The position numbers were made by a program, and so were the translations under genes. This document shows, piece by piece, positions 1 through 8,733 of a stretch of DNA of 44,210 nt. The DNA is from a virus (taxonomy: Duplodnaviria; Caudoviricetes), in IMG/VR virus record IMGVR_UViG_3300005663_000089, positions 1 to 44,210 of that record; one strand, given 5' to 3'. Each line of letters starts with the position of its first letter. The first letter of the stretch is position 1. Below the pieces are notes generated by a model. It saw only the letters and a program-made list of their open reading frames with translations. It did no database searches and had not been told where the DNA came from.

Positions 1-137
1 CAGCAGGGTCAGCAGCAGAGTCAGCAGCAGAGTCAGCAGCATGGTCAGCAGCATGGTCAGCAGCAGGGTCAGCAGCAGAGTCAGCAGCAGAGTCAGCAGC
101 ATGGTCAGCAGCATGGTCAGCAGCAGGGTCAGCAGCA
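1..137 (+). repeat. Coding tandem repeat (TCAGCAGCA+GGG/GAG/TGG)n; continuation of the repeat at the right end
   Basis: 12-nt units; bases 1-60 are identical to 61-120; reads SAAG/SAAE/SAAW. Confidence 0.95.
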
Positions 138-191
138 AAAAAGAGCCACTATCAATTCCTAAGAGACACATTAATAAGTTCTTTAAAATGA
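1..191 (+). CDS. C-terminal end of the SAA(W/E/G/R)-repeat protein starting at 43455 (spans the contig join)
   Basis: Frame ...SAAKKSHYQFLRDTLISSLK* with TGA at 189-191, overlapping the next ATG at 188. Confidence 0.8.
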   Translation, partial: AGSAAESAAESAAWSAAWSAAGSAAESAAESAAWSAAWSAAGSAAKKSHYQFLRDTLISSLK

Positions 192-331
192 TAAGAACCA
201 AAACTCTACATCAAGTAATAGCGGAGCGAGACTTAGAGTATGAGTCAATGATAGAACCCCTGGATACCCATTTAAAGATAATTTACTTACGAGAACTTAA
301 CAGAAAAAAACCAATAACTAAAACTAAATAA
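188..331 (+). CDS. Small hypothetical protein (MIRTKTLHQV...)
   Basis: ATGA overlap with the upstream stop; more plausible start than 41. Confidence 0.55.
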   Translation: MIRTKTLHQVIAERDLEYESMIEPLDTHLKIIYLRELNRKKPITKTK

Positions 332-430
332 CAATGGGAGAACATGACTACGAAGAAAGACCATCAACAGGCTACCCGCATTGGTGGGATAGATAATTAA
401 GAACCAATCTTAACCAATAAAACCAAGACA

Positions 431-832
431 ATGAAAGGAATCGTAAAGACAGTACAAGCAAATAACACTTGGGAAGGACACGGAAAGACCTTCTATATCT
501 TTGAAGTAGAAATAGGTGAACACGCAGGTCAGTATATGACTCCTAAATTCACTGATAAAGATGCTCCTGAGTTTCCATTTCAAGTAGGGAAAGAAGCAGA
601 CTATGAATTTGAAGGGGGTGACAGACCTAAAATAAAGCTACCTCAAAAGGAATTTAAGCCCTCTAGCGCATCGAAGGGCGGTTCTGGTAGTAACTCCTCA
701 TTTGCTCTTAGTTATGCTAAGGACGTGCTTGTAGCGAGCTATATGACGCAGAATACAGAGGTACTGGTATTGTCCACCGATCAAATGTTTGACTTAGCTG
801 ACAAAATGAATAATTGGCTAAACGATCACTAA
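431..832 (+). CDS. Putative ssDNA-binding/OB-fold recombination protein
   Basis: Beta-rich N-domain, Gly/Ser linker, helical C-end; early-region position. Confidence 0.45.
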   Translation: MKGIVKTVQANNTWEGHGKTFYIFEVEIGEHAGQYMTPKFTDKDAPEFPFQVGKEADYEFEGGDRPKIKLPQKEFKPSSASKGGSGSNSSFALSYAKDVLVASYMTQNTEVLVLSTDQMFDLADKMNNWLNDH

Positions 833-1263
833 TGGGAGAATGTGTAAACCAAACCGGATTTTCTTGCACAAATGATAGGTGTGAGTGTCACGGGATAACC
901 CCCGAACCTATGCAATCACTAGAAGACATAAGAAAATACGAGAAGGGAGAAATCCTGGCAGTACTCAAACGAGGTACTATTAAACGGCACACACTCTTAG
1001 ATGCACTTCCTTTTTATATCTCAGACCGTAGAATGAGGGATTACGTGGCAGAGCTGATTAAAGATGGTCAATGTATTCAATCAAGTAATGATGGCTATAC
1101 TTTGATAGAGTCTGAGACACAATTAGCAGAAGCGGAAAAGTATTTAAGGAGTAAGGCTTTCCCATTGTTTGAACGTGCTAATACCTTGCGTAAGAACTTC
1201 TATAAATCTGAAGGTAAGCAATTAACATTCAGTGAATTTTTGGATAATACCACAACAATTTAA
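832..1263 (+). CDS. Winged-helix DNA-binding protein
   Basis: ISDRRMRDYVAELIKDGQCIQSSNDGY wHTH-like segment; ATG at 832 overlaps the upstream TAA. Confidence 0.5.
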   Translation: MGECVNQTGFSCTNDRCECHGITPEPMQSLEDIRKYEKGEILAVLKRGTIKRHTLLDALPFYISDRRMRDYVAELIKDGQCIQSSNDGYTLIESETQLAEAEKYLRSKAFPLFERANTLRKNFYKSEGKQLTFSEFLDNTTTI

Positions 1264-1273
1264 CTTTTAGGCT

Positions 1274-1519
1274 ATGGAGTGGATAAGTGTTAAAGAAAGA
1301 GTGCCTGAATTTTCTGAACCCTTAGAGATAACTTATGATGGGGGTAAGACTTTTGAGGGTGATTGTGCGTATCTAGAAAAGAGGCATTGTATGATGGCGG
1401 GTATAGCGGGTGGAAATGGGTATTTTGGTGAAGGTTTTGGCACACAGGGAGCAGAGTGCGAGGAAGGATTAATATTAGATACTCCTTCACATTGGAGATA
1501 TAGATATAAAGAAGACTAA
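1274..1519 (+). CDS. DUF551-like phage protein
   Basis: MEWISVKERVPE N-terminus and SHW near the C-terminus. Confidence 0.7.
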   Translation: MEWISVKERVPEFSEPLEITYDGGKTFEGDCAYLEKRHCMMAGIAGGNGYFGEGFGTQGAECEEGLILDTPSHWRYRYKED

Positions 1520-1541
1520 CCTATGATAACTGAGAAAGGCT

Positions 1542-1808
1542 ATGATTTGTGCATGTAGGTATTGTGATAATGAGGTTTTCCCTCCCAAAACAAAGTTCTG
1601 TTCTCCCGGATGTTCTAATAGGGAACGCGCATTGATTGTATCAGAAAAAGGCAAATTAAAGCCGAACCCCAACCAAGTGTATATAGAGCCAGATTATTCT
1701 AGTAAAGAGGCAGTAAAACACTCTACTGATTCGGGATCATGGGCAACTATGGGGGTTAATTCAAGTATAGAGGCAATGGAAGAGGTTCACGAAATGTTTA
1801 AAGGATGA
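1542..1808 (+). CDS. Cys-rich hypothetical protein
   Basis: CRYC...FCSPGC Zn-binding pattern. Confidence 0.55.
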   Translation: MICACRYCDNEVFPPKTKFCSPGCSNRERALIVSEKGKLKPNPNQVYIEPDYSSKEAVKHSTDSGSWATMGVNSSIEAMEEVHEMFKG

Positions 1809-2203
1809 AGTACGACTTTTCAAAGGGAACTTACCCGCAACAGAAAGCCCAGGAATACCTATCTAAGCTGATTAAGGATGGTTCTAAGGCATCCCTGACC
1901 AAGATTCACCCCAAGAGGTCAGTAAGCCAGAATAGTTACTTGCACGTACTCTTTAGTTTGTGGGGTAAAGAAAACGGATGGTATTTAGAGGAAGCTAAGT
2001 TAGTGGTGAAAAGAGAGTTGGGATATACTTACACTAAAAGGAATCAGGAATTTGCAGACAAGACCTCCAAAATGGATACTGCCGAGCTAACAAAGTTTAT
2101 AGATAAGTTTAGAATATGGAGTTTTGCTGATGGGTGCTATTTGCCCACCGCAGACGAGTATAAGGAGGAACAGATATATTTTGATAATCAAATTAACCAA
2201 TAA
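1805..2203 (+). CDS. ninB: NinB/Orf-like recombination protein
   Basis: KRSVSQNSYLH and TSKMDTAELTKFID motifs. Confidence 0.65.
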   Translation: MKYDFSKGTYPQQKAQEYLSKLIKDGSKASLTKIHPKRSVSQNSYLHVLFSLWGKENGWYLEEAKLVVKRELGYTYTKRNQEFADKTSKMDTAELTKFIDKFRIWSFADGCYLPTADEYKEEQIYFDNQINQ

Positions 2204-2214
2204 ACAACAGAACA

Positions 2215-2358
2215 ATGTTTAATAACAAATTAATAGGCAGATGCGAATCTTGTAATCAGGATTACTGCCAAGAATGTACTGATTTTGAGGGGTGGGAAAG
2301 GTTTTGTTCGCCACTATGCAGAGATGATTGGAAAACGGAAATGGATAAATTAGATTAA
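2215..2358 (+). CDS. 47-aa Cys-rich protein (not in ORF track)
   Basis: MFNNKLIGRCESCNQDYCQECTDF...FCSPLC; TAA overlaps the next ATG. Confidence 0.6.
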   Translation: MFNNKLIGRCESCNQDYCQECTDFEGWERFCSPLCRDDWKTEMDKLD

Positions 2359-2729
2359 TGAAACCTATTTGCCCATATTGTGATAGGGAGGCTAGATTTA
2401 CTTCGAGCATAATTGTCTATGGAAGGGATTACGGTAAGATATGGTTATGTGTGAACTATCCTAAATGTGATTCATACGTAGGGGCGCATAAGGGCAACGG
2501 AGAGCCTAAAGGAACGTTAGCGGACAAAGAGACTAGGAATTACAGAAAGTGGGCACATAATTCAATAGATTGGCTTTGGCAGGACAAAGTAATGTCAAGA
2601 AAGAATGTTTATTACGCTATTCAAAATCTAATGAATTTAACCCCTGATGAAGCTCACATAGGTTTATTTGACTCTAATCAATGCAGGGAATTAGTACGAG
2701 TTTTTAAAGAGAATTTGTTAATCAAATAG
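2358..2729 (+). CDS. DUF3268-family zinc-finger protein
   Basis: CPYC...WLC...CDSYVGAH...PKGTLAD...AHIGLFD. Confidence 0.8.
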   Translation: MKPICPYCDREARFTSSIIVYGRDYGKIWLCVNYPKCDSYVGAHKGNGEPKGTLADKETRNYRKWAHNSIDWLWQDKVMSRKNVYYAIQNLMNLTPDEAHIGLFDSNQCRELVRVFKENLLIK

Positions 2730-2735
2730 AAAACA

Positions 2736-3008
2736 ATGGATAATATATTCTGGGTAGAAACAACTAAGGAGGTGTACTTCGCTATTTATAAAGCTCATCA
2801 CGAGGAGTTTTGCGTATTTGGAAGTTGTACCCTCCCAAACGGTGATCCGAGGTTAGGTAAGATAAACCCTTTTATCTCAACTGAATGGGGATTTAAAGAT
2901 GCCACCGACCCACTTATTAAAGGAGTACAGACCAAAGATAACCACGAGCAGAAAGAATATGATTGGAAGTATTTTATTGCTTTTTCAAACGTAACGCAAG
3001 ATGATTAA
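2736..3008 (+). CDS. Hypothetical protein
   Basis: ORF in an operon with AT-rich leader. Confidence 0.6.
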   Translation: MDNIFWVETTKEVYFAIYKAHHEEFCVFGSCTLPNGDPRLGKINPFISTEWGFKDATDPLIKGVQTKDNHEQKEYDWKYFIAFSNVTQDD

Positions 3009-3020
3009 CCAAATTATTTA

Positions 3021-3151
3021 TATATTTGCAATGAGATTAATCGCTTTTGACGGTGTTGATCGACAAAGTATTACACAGTTATCTCCTATGATAGCTTTAA
3101 AGAATGCCCGGCACACCGTCAAGCGATGTCGGGTTTCTTTTTTTAATCTCA
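3021..3151 (+). promoter_or_regulatory. -7 promoter element plus structured leader/terminator
   Basis: TATATTTG at 3021; hairpin 3106-3134 plus T-run; 3041-3056 complementary to 3113-3126. Confidence 0.65.
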
Positions 3152-3439
3152 CTATACAAAGCCCGTATCGGTGGCTCGTTAAAGGAATAGCGCAACTTCA
3201 AGCAATACTTGTTGGATCAGATAAATACCCTTATTGGGTAAGAGAGAGTTTTCCTGGCGGAGCTTTTTCTTTCTCTTTTCTTTTGCTGGTTTTCTTTTAA
3301 AATAACCAATCCTTTGCGCAACAATATTCAGAGAGATTCAGGTAAACATGATTCTAGCGTAAGGCATAAGGGAGAGCTTCTAAACTCACAACCCTATGTC
3401 TTACCTCTGTTTAATTTCAACTATTAATAAACTATAACT

Positions 3440-3562
3440 ATGAAAGAAGAAACTTGTACAGAATGTGATGGAGAAGGATTGATGTGGGACTTTGATGAAT
3501 CATTAATTGATGAGATTGGAGGTTATTACCCCATAGGAACACCGTGTAAAAAATGTAACTAA
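3440..3562 (+). CDS. 40-aa DnaJ-type Zn-finger mini-protein (not in ORF track)
   Basis: MKEETCTECDGEG...PCKKCN*. Confidence 0.6.
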   Translation: MKEETCTECDGEGLMWDFDESLIDEIGGYYPIGTPCKKCN

Positions 3563-3575
3563 CCAACTAGGGATT

Positions 3576-3842
3576 ATGAAAGAACCGAAAACCAAATGCG
3601 TAACGCTCAAAGGGGAATTAGAAGATTGGGGTAAACACATTCTTCTGCCTTTCGGAGTAACGATGTGCGGTATGCCCACTATTGATGCGGACAAAACTCA
3701 ATTTCCTTCATTAAACCATCCTAATTTCAAGGATATGATTTTTAAATATACAGAAGAGAAATGGGATATTACTTGTGAGAAATGCCTTGAAATTATGGAG
3801 ATTGTAGAAAAAGGTAAAAAGAATCGGGTAAATATTAATTAG
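3576..3842 (+). CDS. Hypothetical protein
   Basis: H..TMCG...ITCEKC Zn-like motif. Confidence 0.6.
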   Translation: MKEPKTKCVTLKGELEDWGKHILLPFGVTMCGMPTIDADKTQFPSLNHPNFKDMIFKYTEEKWDITCEKCLEIMEIVEKGKKNRVNIN

Positions 3843-3874
3843 CCCCCTCATTTAATCAAAACAAAATAAAAGAT

Positions 3875-3997
3875 ATGAAGAAGAAAACTATTTTTATCAT
3901 TTTGGGTATTACTCTTATTTCTTTAACCGCTTACTACTACCCCGAGGAACTTCCTTATTTGATATTTGGAATGGTATTAGGATTTATTCTACCTTAA
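3875..3997 (+). CDS. 40-aa membrane peptide with two hydrophobic segments (not in ORF track)
   Basis: MKKKTIFIILGITLISLTAYYYPEELPYLIFGMVLGFILP*, abutting the next ATG. Confidence 0.55.
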   Translation: MKKKTIFIILGITLISLTAYYYPEELPYLIFGMVLGFILP

Positions 3998-4600
3998 ATG
4001 ACCACTCCTATTGACATACGCTTACCACATGGACTACCCTTTGCAAAACAATGGGACGAATGGATTTCTTACCGCAAAGAGATAAAGAAGCCCTTAAAGT
4101 CTGCAAAGTCGATTAGTGGCTGTTTAAATCAGTTCTGGCTGGTATCTGAGGACACCGCAGTAAAGATGATACAACAATCCATAAACAACCAATGGCAAGG
4201 AATTTTCCCTTTAAAGACTAACGGCAACCAAAAGCAAGAAACAGATTTATATTACAAAGAACCTAAGCCCCCTACTTTCAGCGACTACAAGGCAGAACCA
4301 TTTGATAGGGCAGTAGGTATTCAACACATGAGGGAGAAACTAAAGAAGAACTTTGAGAACGGATCGCCCCTGAAAGATTATGGAGACGTGTACACTACTT
4401 TATTAAGAGACTTTATTAACATCCCTGGTAAGGTTGCACTAGAAATCCATGAGTCGGCTGTTACAGAGGCTACAAGACCCCGTAATAGATTTGAAGAGAA
4501 ATACACCGGGAGCGTAGAATCAGAGGTTAGAGACAACCGTTTAAATTGGCAGCTTAATAATTGGAGAGAGGCTGGGAGGGACATTAGCTTAGAGATATGA
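3998..4600 (+). CDS. Phage replication-initiator-like protein (C-terminal-type domain)
   Basis: WDEWISYRKEIKKP...QSINNQWQGIF pattern typical of phage Rep proteins. Confidence 0.55.
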   Translation: MTTPIDIRLPHGLPFAKQWDEWISYRKEIKKPLKSAKSISGCLNQFWLVSEDTAVKMIQQSINNQWQGIFPLKTNGNQKQETDLYYKEPKPPTFSDYKAEPFDRAVGIQHMREKLKKNFENGSPLKDYGDVYTTLLRDFINIPGKVALEIHESAVTEATRPRNRFEEKYTGSVESEVRDNRLNWQLNNWREAGRDISLEI

Positions 4601-5115
4601 TAATCAACAGAGTATGGGCTATGCCTAACAAGTGGACTTTTGAAATACCACCTATCAAGAAATTGATTTACAAGTATGGGGGTGATTTTAAGGGATGGAT
4701 AGACCCTTTTGCTGGAATGAATAGCCCTGCTGAAATTACTAACGACATTAACCCAGAAATGCCGGCGCATCATAACCTAGAAGCAAGAGACTTTATAAAC
4801 CTATTACCTGGCGAATATCAAGGATGCTTATTTGATCCACCCTATACATTAAGGCAGATATTTGAATGTTATAAAGGACATGGAAAAGAGGAAATGATTA
4901 CAAAAGACCCTTCAGGAGCATATAGTCAATTAAAAATTGCGATTGCTAAGAAAATATTACCTGGTGGACATACTATACATTTTGGCTATCATAGTAACGG
5001 CTTCGGTAAAAAGATGGGGTTTAAGATTGTAGAAATTCTTTTGGTTGCTCATGGCAGAACGCATTACGATACCATAGTAACAGTTGAACAGAAATTCCAG
5101 GATACATTATTTTGA
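4597..5115 (+). CDS. Adenine (N6)/N4 DNA methyltransferase
   Basis: IDPFAG motif I and FDPPY motif IV. Confidence 0.8.
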   Translation: MIINRVWAMPNKWTFEIPPIKKLIYKYGGDFKGWIDPFAGMNSPAEITNDINPEMPAHHNLEARDFINLLPGEYQGCLFDPPYTLRQIFECYKGHGKEEMITKDPSGAYSQLKIAIAKKILPGGHTIHFGYHSNGFGKKMGFKIVEILLVAHGRTHYDTIVTVEQKFQDTLF

Positions 5116-5660
5116 GAACCTGTAAGAACAAATACTGCAAAATCAAATTTACTCCTAAGAATGAAGGGCAATCGGTCTGTAAATACGAATGCGGAATAGA
5201 GTACAGCATCCAGCTAAGAGAAAAGAAGGAGAAGAATATGCTATTAGAAATCTACCGTAAGAACAAGAAACAGAAGGATAAGCTAAAAACCCTTTCCCAG
5301 CATAAAAAGGAACTCCAGGTGTTAGTAAATAGGTATGTTCAAATCAGGGATAAAGGGAAAGATTGCGTATCTTGTGATAGACCAGACACCGGGGCAAAGA
5401 GGGATGCTGGACACTTCTGGAGTCAAGGGGAAAACCCTAGTGTAAGATTCGACCTAGATAATATTCATGTTCAGTGTGTTCATTGCAACCGAGACAAGCA
5501 CGCCAATCTTTTAGAGTACCGCCCCAGGTTAATAAAGAGAATAGGAAGAAAGCGATTTGATGAGTTGGAGCAACGCAGAACCCAATCCATTAAGCAGACC
5601 ATTCCAGAGATTGAAACCCTTAAACAACTCTTTAAACAAAAGATAAAACTAGCACTATGA
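5112..5660 (+). CDS. ninG: NinG/Rap family endonuclease
   Basis: RD..CVSC...DAGHF...VRFDLDNIHVQCVHCN. Confidence 0.9.
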   Translation: MRTCKNKYCKIKFTPKNEGQSVCKYECGIEYSIQLREKKEKNMLLEIYRKNKKQKDKLKTLSQHKKELQVLVNRYVQIRDKGKDCVSCDRPDTGAKRDAGHFWSQGENPSVRFDLDNIHVQCVHCNRDKHANLLEYRPRLIKRIGRKRFDELEQRRTQSIKQTIPEIETLKQLFKQKIKLAL

Positions 5661-5807
5661 AGAATAATGAAGCAGTTGAATGGTGGAAGGAATTGGAGGC
5701 ATCAAAGAGGTTTGAGTTAATGCGCGAATATGACATTCAAAACCTGACAGATAAAGCTATCCGAAGAATACACAGGAACGAACATAAACCACTATGACAA
5801 AATCTAA

Positions 5808-6089
5808 GTGGATAACTCTTTGCACCCTACTCCTATTGATTTGGGGTCTAATTTTAGCGATATGAAATTAAGCAAGAAAGAGATAGTAGAAAGATACCCA
5901 GACGGAAAAATCTCATATATTGAAACAAGGGCAGTAATTGCTCCACTATGGGCAGGAGAATATCCCAATCGCAGAGTATCGACTGATGGAATTATGTGGA
6001 TTAGAGTAGGTGTAAATAAAAAGTACAATCCTGATGGAAGTTTGAGGTGGGAAATCAAATACGATAATTACGGGAAGATGGTTAAGTAG
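5808..6089 (+). CDS. Hypothetical protein (true start possibly 5862)
   Basis: YPDGK/YNPDG/YDNYG MORN-like turns. Confidence 0.5.
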   Translation: MDNSLHPTPIDLGSNFSDMKLSKKEIVERYPDGKISYIETRAVIAPLWAGEYPNRRVSTDGIMWIRVGVNKKYNPDGSLRWEIKYDNYGKMVK

Positions 6090-6117
6090 CCTAGCCCTCT
6101 AACTAACACCACACAAA

Positions 6118-6279
6118 ATGAAAGAGAAAAAGAAAATAGTTTGTTGGATGCTCCTTACAAAAAGAGGCGTTCCCCAAATCCTTAATGGACAACTACCTAT
6201 ATTCTGGCGTAAGAGTATTGCTCAGGAAAAGGCAAAGATATTTAACTGTGATATTAAGCGACTCGAATTAGCCCTCTAA
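6118..6279 (+). CDS. 53-aa hypothetical protein (not in ORF track)
   Basis: MKEKKKIVCWMLL...LELAL*, bounded by junction motifs. Confidence 0.55.
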   Translation: MKEKKKIVCWMLLTKRGVPQILNGQLPIFWRKSIAQEKAKIFNCDIKRLELAL

Positions 6280-6296
6280 CCAATAAACCCTATAAA

Positions 6297-6500
6297 ATGG
6301 AAATAGAACAAATAGTGAATGAAGATTTTTATGTTTGGGTAGCGCCAGATGGAAATATGCAACTAACCTTACTTGCACCTGATGAAACTACCTGTGAAGC
6401 TGTTGCTAAATTGTTCCACAAGTCCGGTATCGGTCAGTCACCACACCAGATGCGATTAAAGGGATACGATATTAAAAAAGTGAAAGTAACTATCGTTTAA
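6297..6500 (+). CDS. Hypothetical protein
   Basis: ORF with AT-rich leader. Confidence 0.6.
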   Translation: MEIEQIVNEDFYVWVAPDGNMQLTLLAPDETTCEAVAKLFHKSGIGQSPHQMRLKGYDIKKVKVTIV

Positions 6501-6523
6501 CCCCCTTACCCAAATAAGAGACT

Positions 6524-6655
6524 ATGGAAGCGAAAGAGATAAAAAATTATTTGAATGACAATATGGTTGAACCGACTGAACATTTAGAGGCAGTTATGAG
6601 AATCCTAAACATTGAATTTATTAATGAAGAAGAAGGATGGCAATTAACGCCCTAA
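6524..6655 (+). CDS. 43-aa hypothetical protein (not in ORF track)
   Basis: MEAKEIKNYLND...WQLTP*. Confidence 0.55.
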   Translation: MEAKEIKNYLNDNMVEPTEHLEAVMRILNIEFINEEEGWQLTP

Positions 6656-6668
6656 CCCAAAAGATACT

Positions 6669-6917
6669 ATGGCAGAACAAGATACATTGTTAAATCATAT
6701 TACCAGGGCAACTATTGAAGCAGATGTTTTTCTAACAGAAACCCAACTTGAATCCATTACAGATCATTTAGAAAAAAATAGAACCCATTGTTGTAGAAGC
6801 AGTAATTTTAAGAAGCGTAAAAATTGGAATGGAAGTCTTCCTTTTTGCGACCATATCTGTAATGAATGTGAAAAATTATGCACTATATCTCCTGATGTAA
6901 TTACAAATAAAAGATAG
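6669..6917 (+). CDS. Hypothetical protein with Cys-rich C-terminus
   Basis: HCC...ICNECEKLC. Confidence 0.6.
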   Translation: MAEQDTLLNHITRATIEADVFLTETQLESITDHLEKNRTHCCRSSNFKKRKNWNGSLPFCDHICNECEKLCTISPDVITNKR

Positions 6918-6944
6918 TAAAATGAGAGATTTAATTCAAAAATC

Positions 6945-7565
6945 ATGAAGATATTACTTGCATGTGAAGAAAGTCAGGTAGTCTGCAAAGCCTTTAGGGA
7001 TAAAGGACATGAGGCGTATTCATGTGATATACTAGAAACCTCCGGAGATCATCCCGAGTGGCATATAGTAGGTGATGTTCAGGCTATTCTTAACGATGGT
7101 TGGGATATGATGATTGCTTTCCCGCCATGTACCAGGCTTACCAATTCGGGTGTTAGGTGGTTGGCGGAACGTGATTTATGGTACGATTTAAAAGAGGCAA
7201 TTAAATTCTGGCACTCTTTAGCCTATGCAAAGGAGTTTGGGATAAAAAAGATGGGGTTTGAAAATCCAATTCCACATAAATACGCAAGAGAAGGGTTTAG
7301 ATATGTAAGAGAGGAGTCTGAGGAGAATTTTTTTGTAAAAGGGATAGGTAAATATACTCAAATTATTCAACCTTGGCAATTCGGACATGGAGAACAAAAG
7401 GCAACTTGTCTATGGCTAACCAATCTGCCTAAACTAAAGCCAACAAATATAGTTACCGTAAGAGAGCAAAAAATCTGGAAGATGTCACCTGGGCCTGAAC
7501 GATCAAAATTAAGAAGTAAAACCTATCAGGGAATCGCTAACGCAATGGCAGATCAATGGGGATAA
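6945..7565 (+). CDS. DNA cytosine-C5 methyltransferase-like protein
   Basis: ILLACEESQ, FPPCT catalytic motif, ENP, RSKTYQGIANAMADQWG. Confidence 0.85.
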   Translation: MKILLACEESQVVCKAFRDKGHEAYSCDILETSGDHPEWHIVGDVQAILNDGWDMMIAFPPCTRLTNSGVRWLAERDLWYDLKEAIKFWHSLAYAKEFGIKKMGFENPIPHKYAREGFRYVREESEENFFVKGIGKYTQIIQPWQFGHGEQKATCLWLTNLPKLKPTNIVTVREQKIWKMSPGPERSKLRSKTYQGIANAMADQWG

Positions 7566-7574
7566 ATAAATAAC

Positions 7575-8147
7575 ATGAGAGAAAAACTAATTGAATTATT
7601 CAAACATCGTAAACCGGAACCTCAAAGTGATGAGCCGGAATTTTATGCTGATGAAGTAATGAAAATCTTTGCTTCCCCTCCAAGTGTACCGATTACAGAG
7701 GATATAGAGGAACTGTCTGAAGAAATACACAAACTTTATTGCGATCAGTATTTAAAAGATCATGGTAAGCCATATTGGACAAATGGGGATTACTCAAAAT
7801 TGGATGAAAAAACCAAAGAGTATGATAGGAATATAGCCAGATTCATTCTGGAGCGTGAACCCCTTCCCCCTAGCACACCGATAACAGAAGATGATATAGA
7901 AAAACAATTTCCACACAAGAAATTAGAAACTTCTGAGGAAGATTGTCAAAGAAACAGAAACAATTTTTGTCGAAGACAAGGAGCTAATTGGGCTATCCAA
8001 CACCAAGGGAAAGAGAGTGAGGGGAAAATAAAAAGGTATGCGATAGCTTTAATGAGAATTTGGGGAAGGAGTGACCGTGAAAACCCTTCAGAGCGGGTTC
8101 TTGGTAAAATCGCCTTTTTTGCCTTAAATCCTAAAAAGAAAAAATAA
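7575..8147 (+). CDS. Mosaic hypothetical protein with a duplicated PPS-PITED linker
   Basis: Internal repeat at 7672-7710 and 7863-7901. Confidence 0.65.
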   Translation: MREKLIELFKHRKPEPQSDEPEFYADEVMKIFASPPSVPITEDIEELSEEIHKLYCDQYLKDHGKPYWTNGDYSKLDEKTKEYDRNIARFILEREPLPPSTPITEDDIEKQFPHKKLETSEEDCQRNRNNFCRRQGANWAIQHQGKESEGKIKRYAIALMRIWGRSDRENPSERVLGKIAFFALNPKKKK

Positions 8148-8153
8148 AGGTAT

Positions 8154-8258
8154 GATGGGCGTGCGGTTATCACAAAGAGTAGGAAAGCCTGATACTGGCT
8201 CGGACGGAAATATAGAAATCCGTAACCCTGAACCTGAAAAAACTCTTTGCAGCCCATC
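8154..8258 (+). ncRNA. Putative multi-stem structured RNA
   Basis: Nested stems GATGGGC/GCCCATC and CAAAGAGT/ACTCTTTG enclosing two small hairpins. Confidence 0.4.
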
Positions 8259-8283
8259 TATTTAATCAACTAACACAGAGACT

Positions 8284-8478
8284 ATGAAAGACTATGATAT
8301 ATTTGAATTTGGAGTAGATAAAAACTTCAAAGAATTTAGAAAAAAGGTAGGTACTTATGAGGCTTTTTCCGAAGATGATGCTATTCATCAACACGCTGAA
8401 GCGACTTATCCGGAAGATGATAGGGGTTTTATGTCAAGTTATTTAACTGCAAAAGAAGTTTTAGCCCCCTCTAAATAA
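8284..8478 (+). CDS. Hypothetical protein
   Basis: ORF bounded by junction motifs. Confidence 0.6.
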   Translation: MKDYDIFEFGVDKNFKEFRKKVGTYEAFSEDDAIHQHAEATYPEDDRGFMSSYLTAKEVLAPSK

Positions 8479-8514
8479 AACAAAGAGAAACGATAACAAC
8501 TAAAACTAAAAATT

Positions 8515-8733
8515 ATGTTCAATAGACACAAAACCAAATGGATTCAATTAGGCAATTACTCTTATGCTGGTTGTGATTACGTGGTATTCGTGAGAGGTGA
8601 TAAAAAAACGGGACTACTTGACTTCAAGACCAAAAAGATTCAAAATTGGGTTTATGGGAGTTATTCAATACTTTCTACCGACCTTATTGATGTTAAAAAA
8701 CAATGGGAAGAAATCACAAACCTGATCAAGTAA
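8515..8733 (+). CDS. Hypothetical protein
   Basis: ORF with AT-rich leader. Confidence 0.6.
   Translation: MFNRHKTKWIQLGNYSYAGCDYVVFVRGDKKTGLLDFKTKKIQNWVYGSYSILSTDLIDVKKQWEEITNLIK

Noticed and set aside
41-331. ORF starting MVSSMVSSRVSS
   Set aside because: Alternate-frame reading of the SAAx repeat; the real frames are 1-191 and 188-331.
3001-3300. 99-aa ORF
   Set aside because: Overlaps a promoter, terminator and polypyrimidine tract; composition is not protein-like.
8185-8215. Hammerhead ribozyme or tRNA
   Set aside because: CTGATAC does not match the CUGAnGA core; no TTCRA loop or CCA end.
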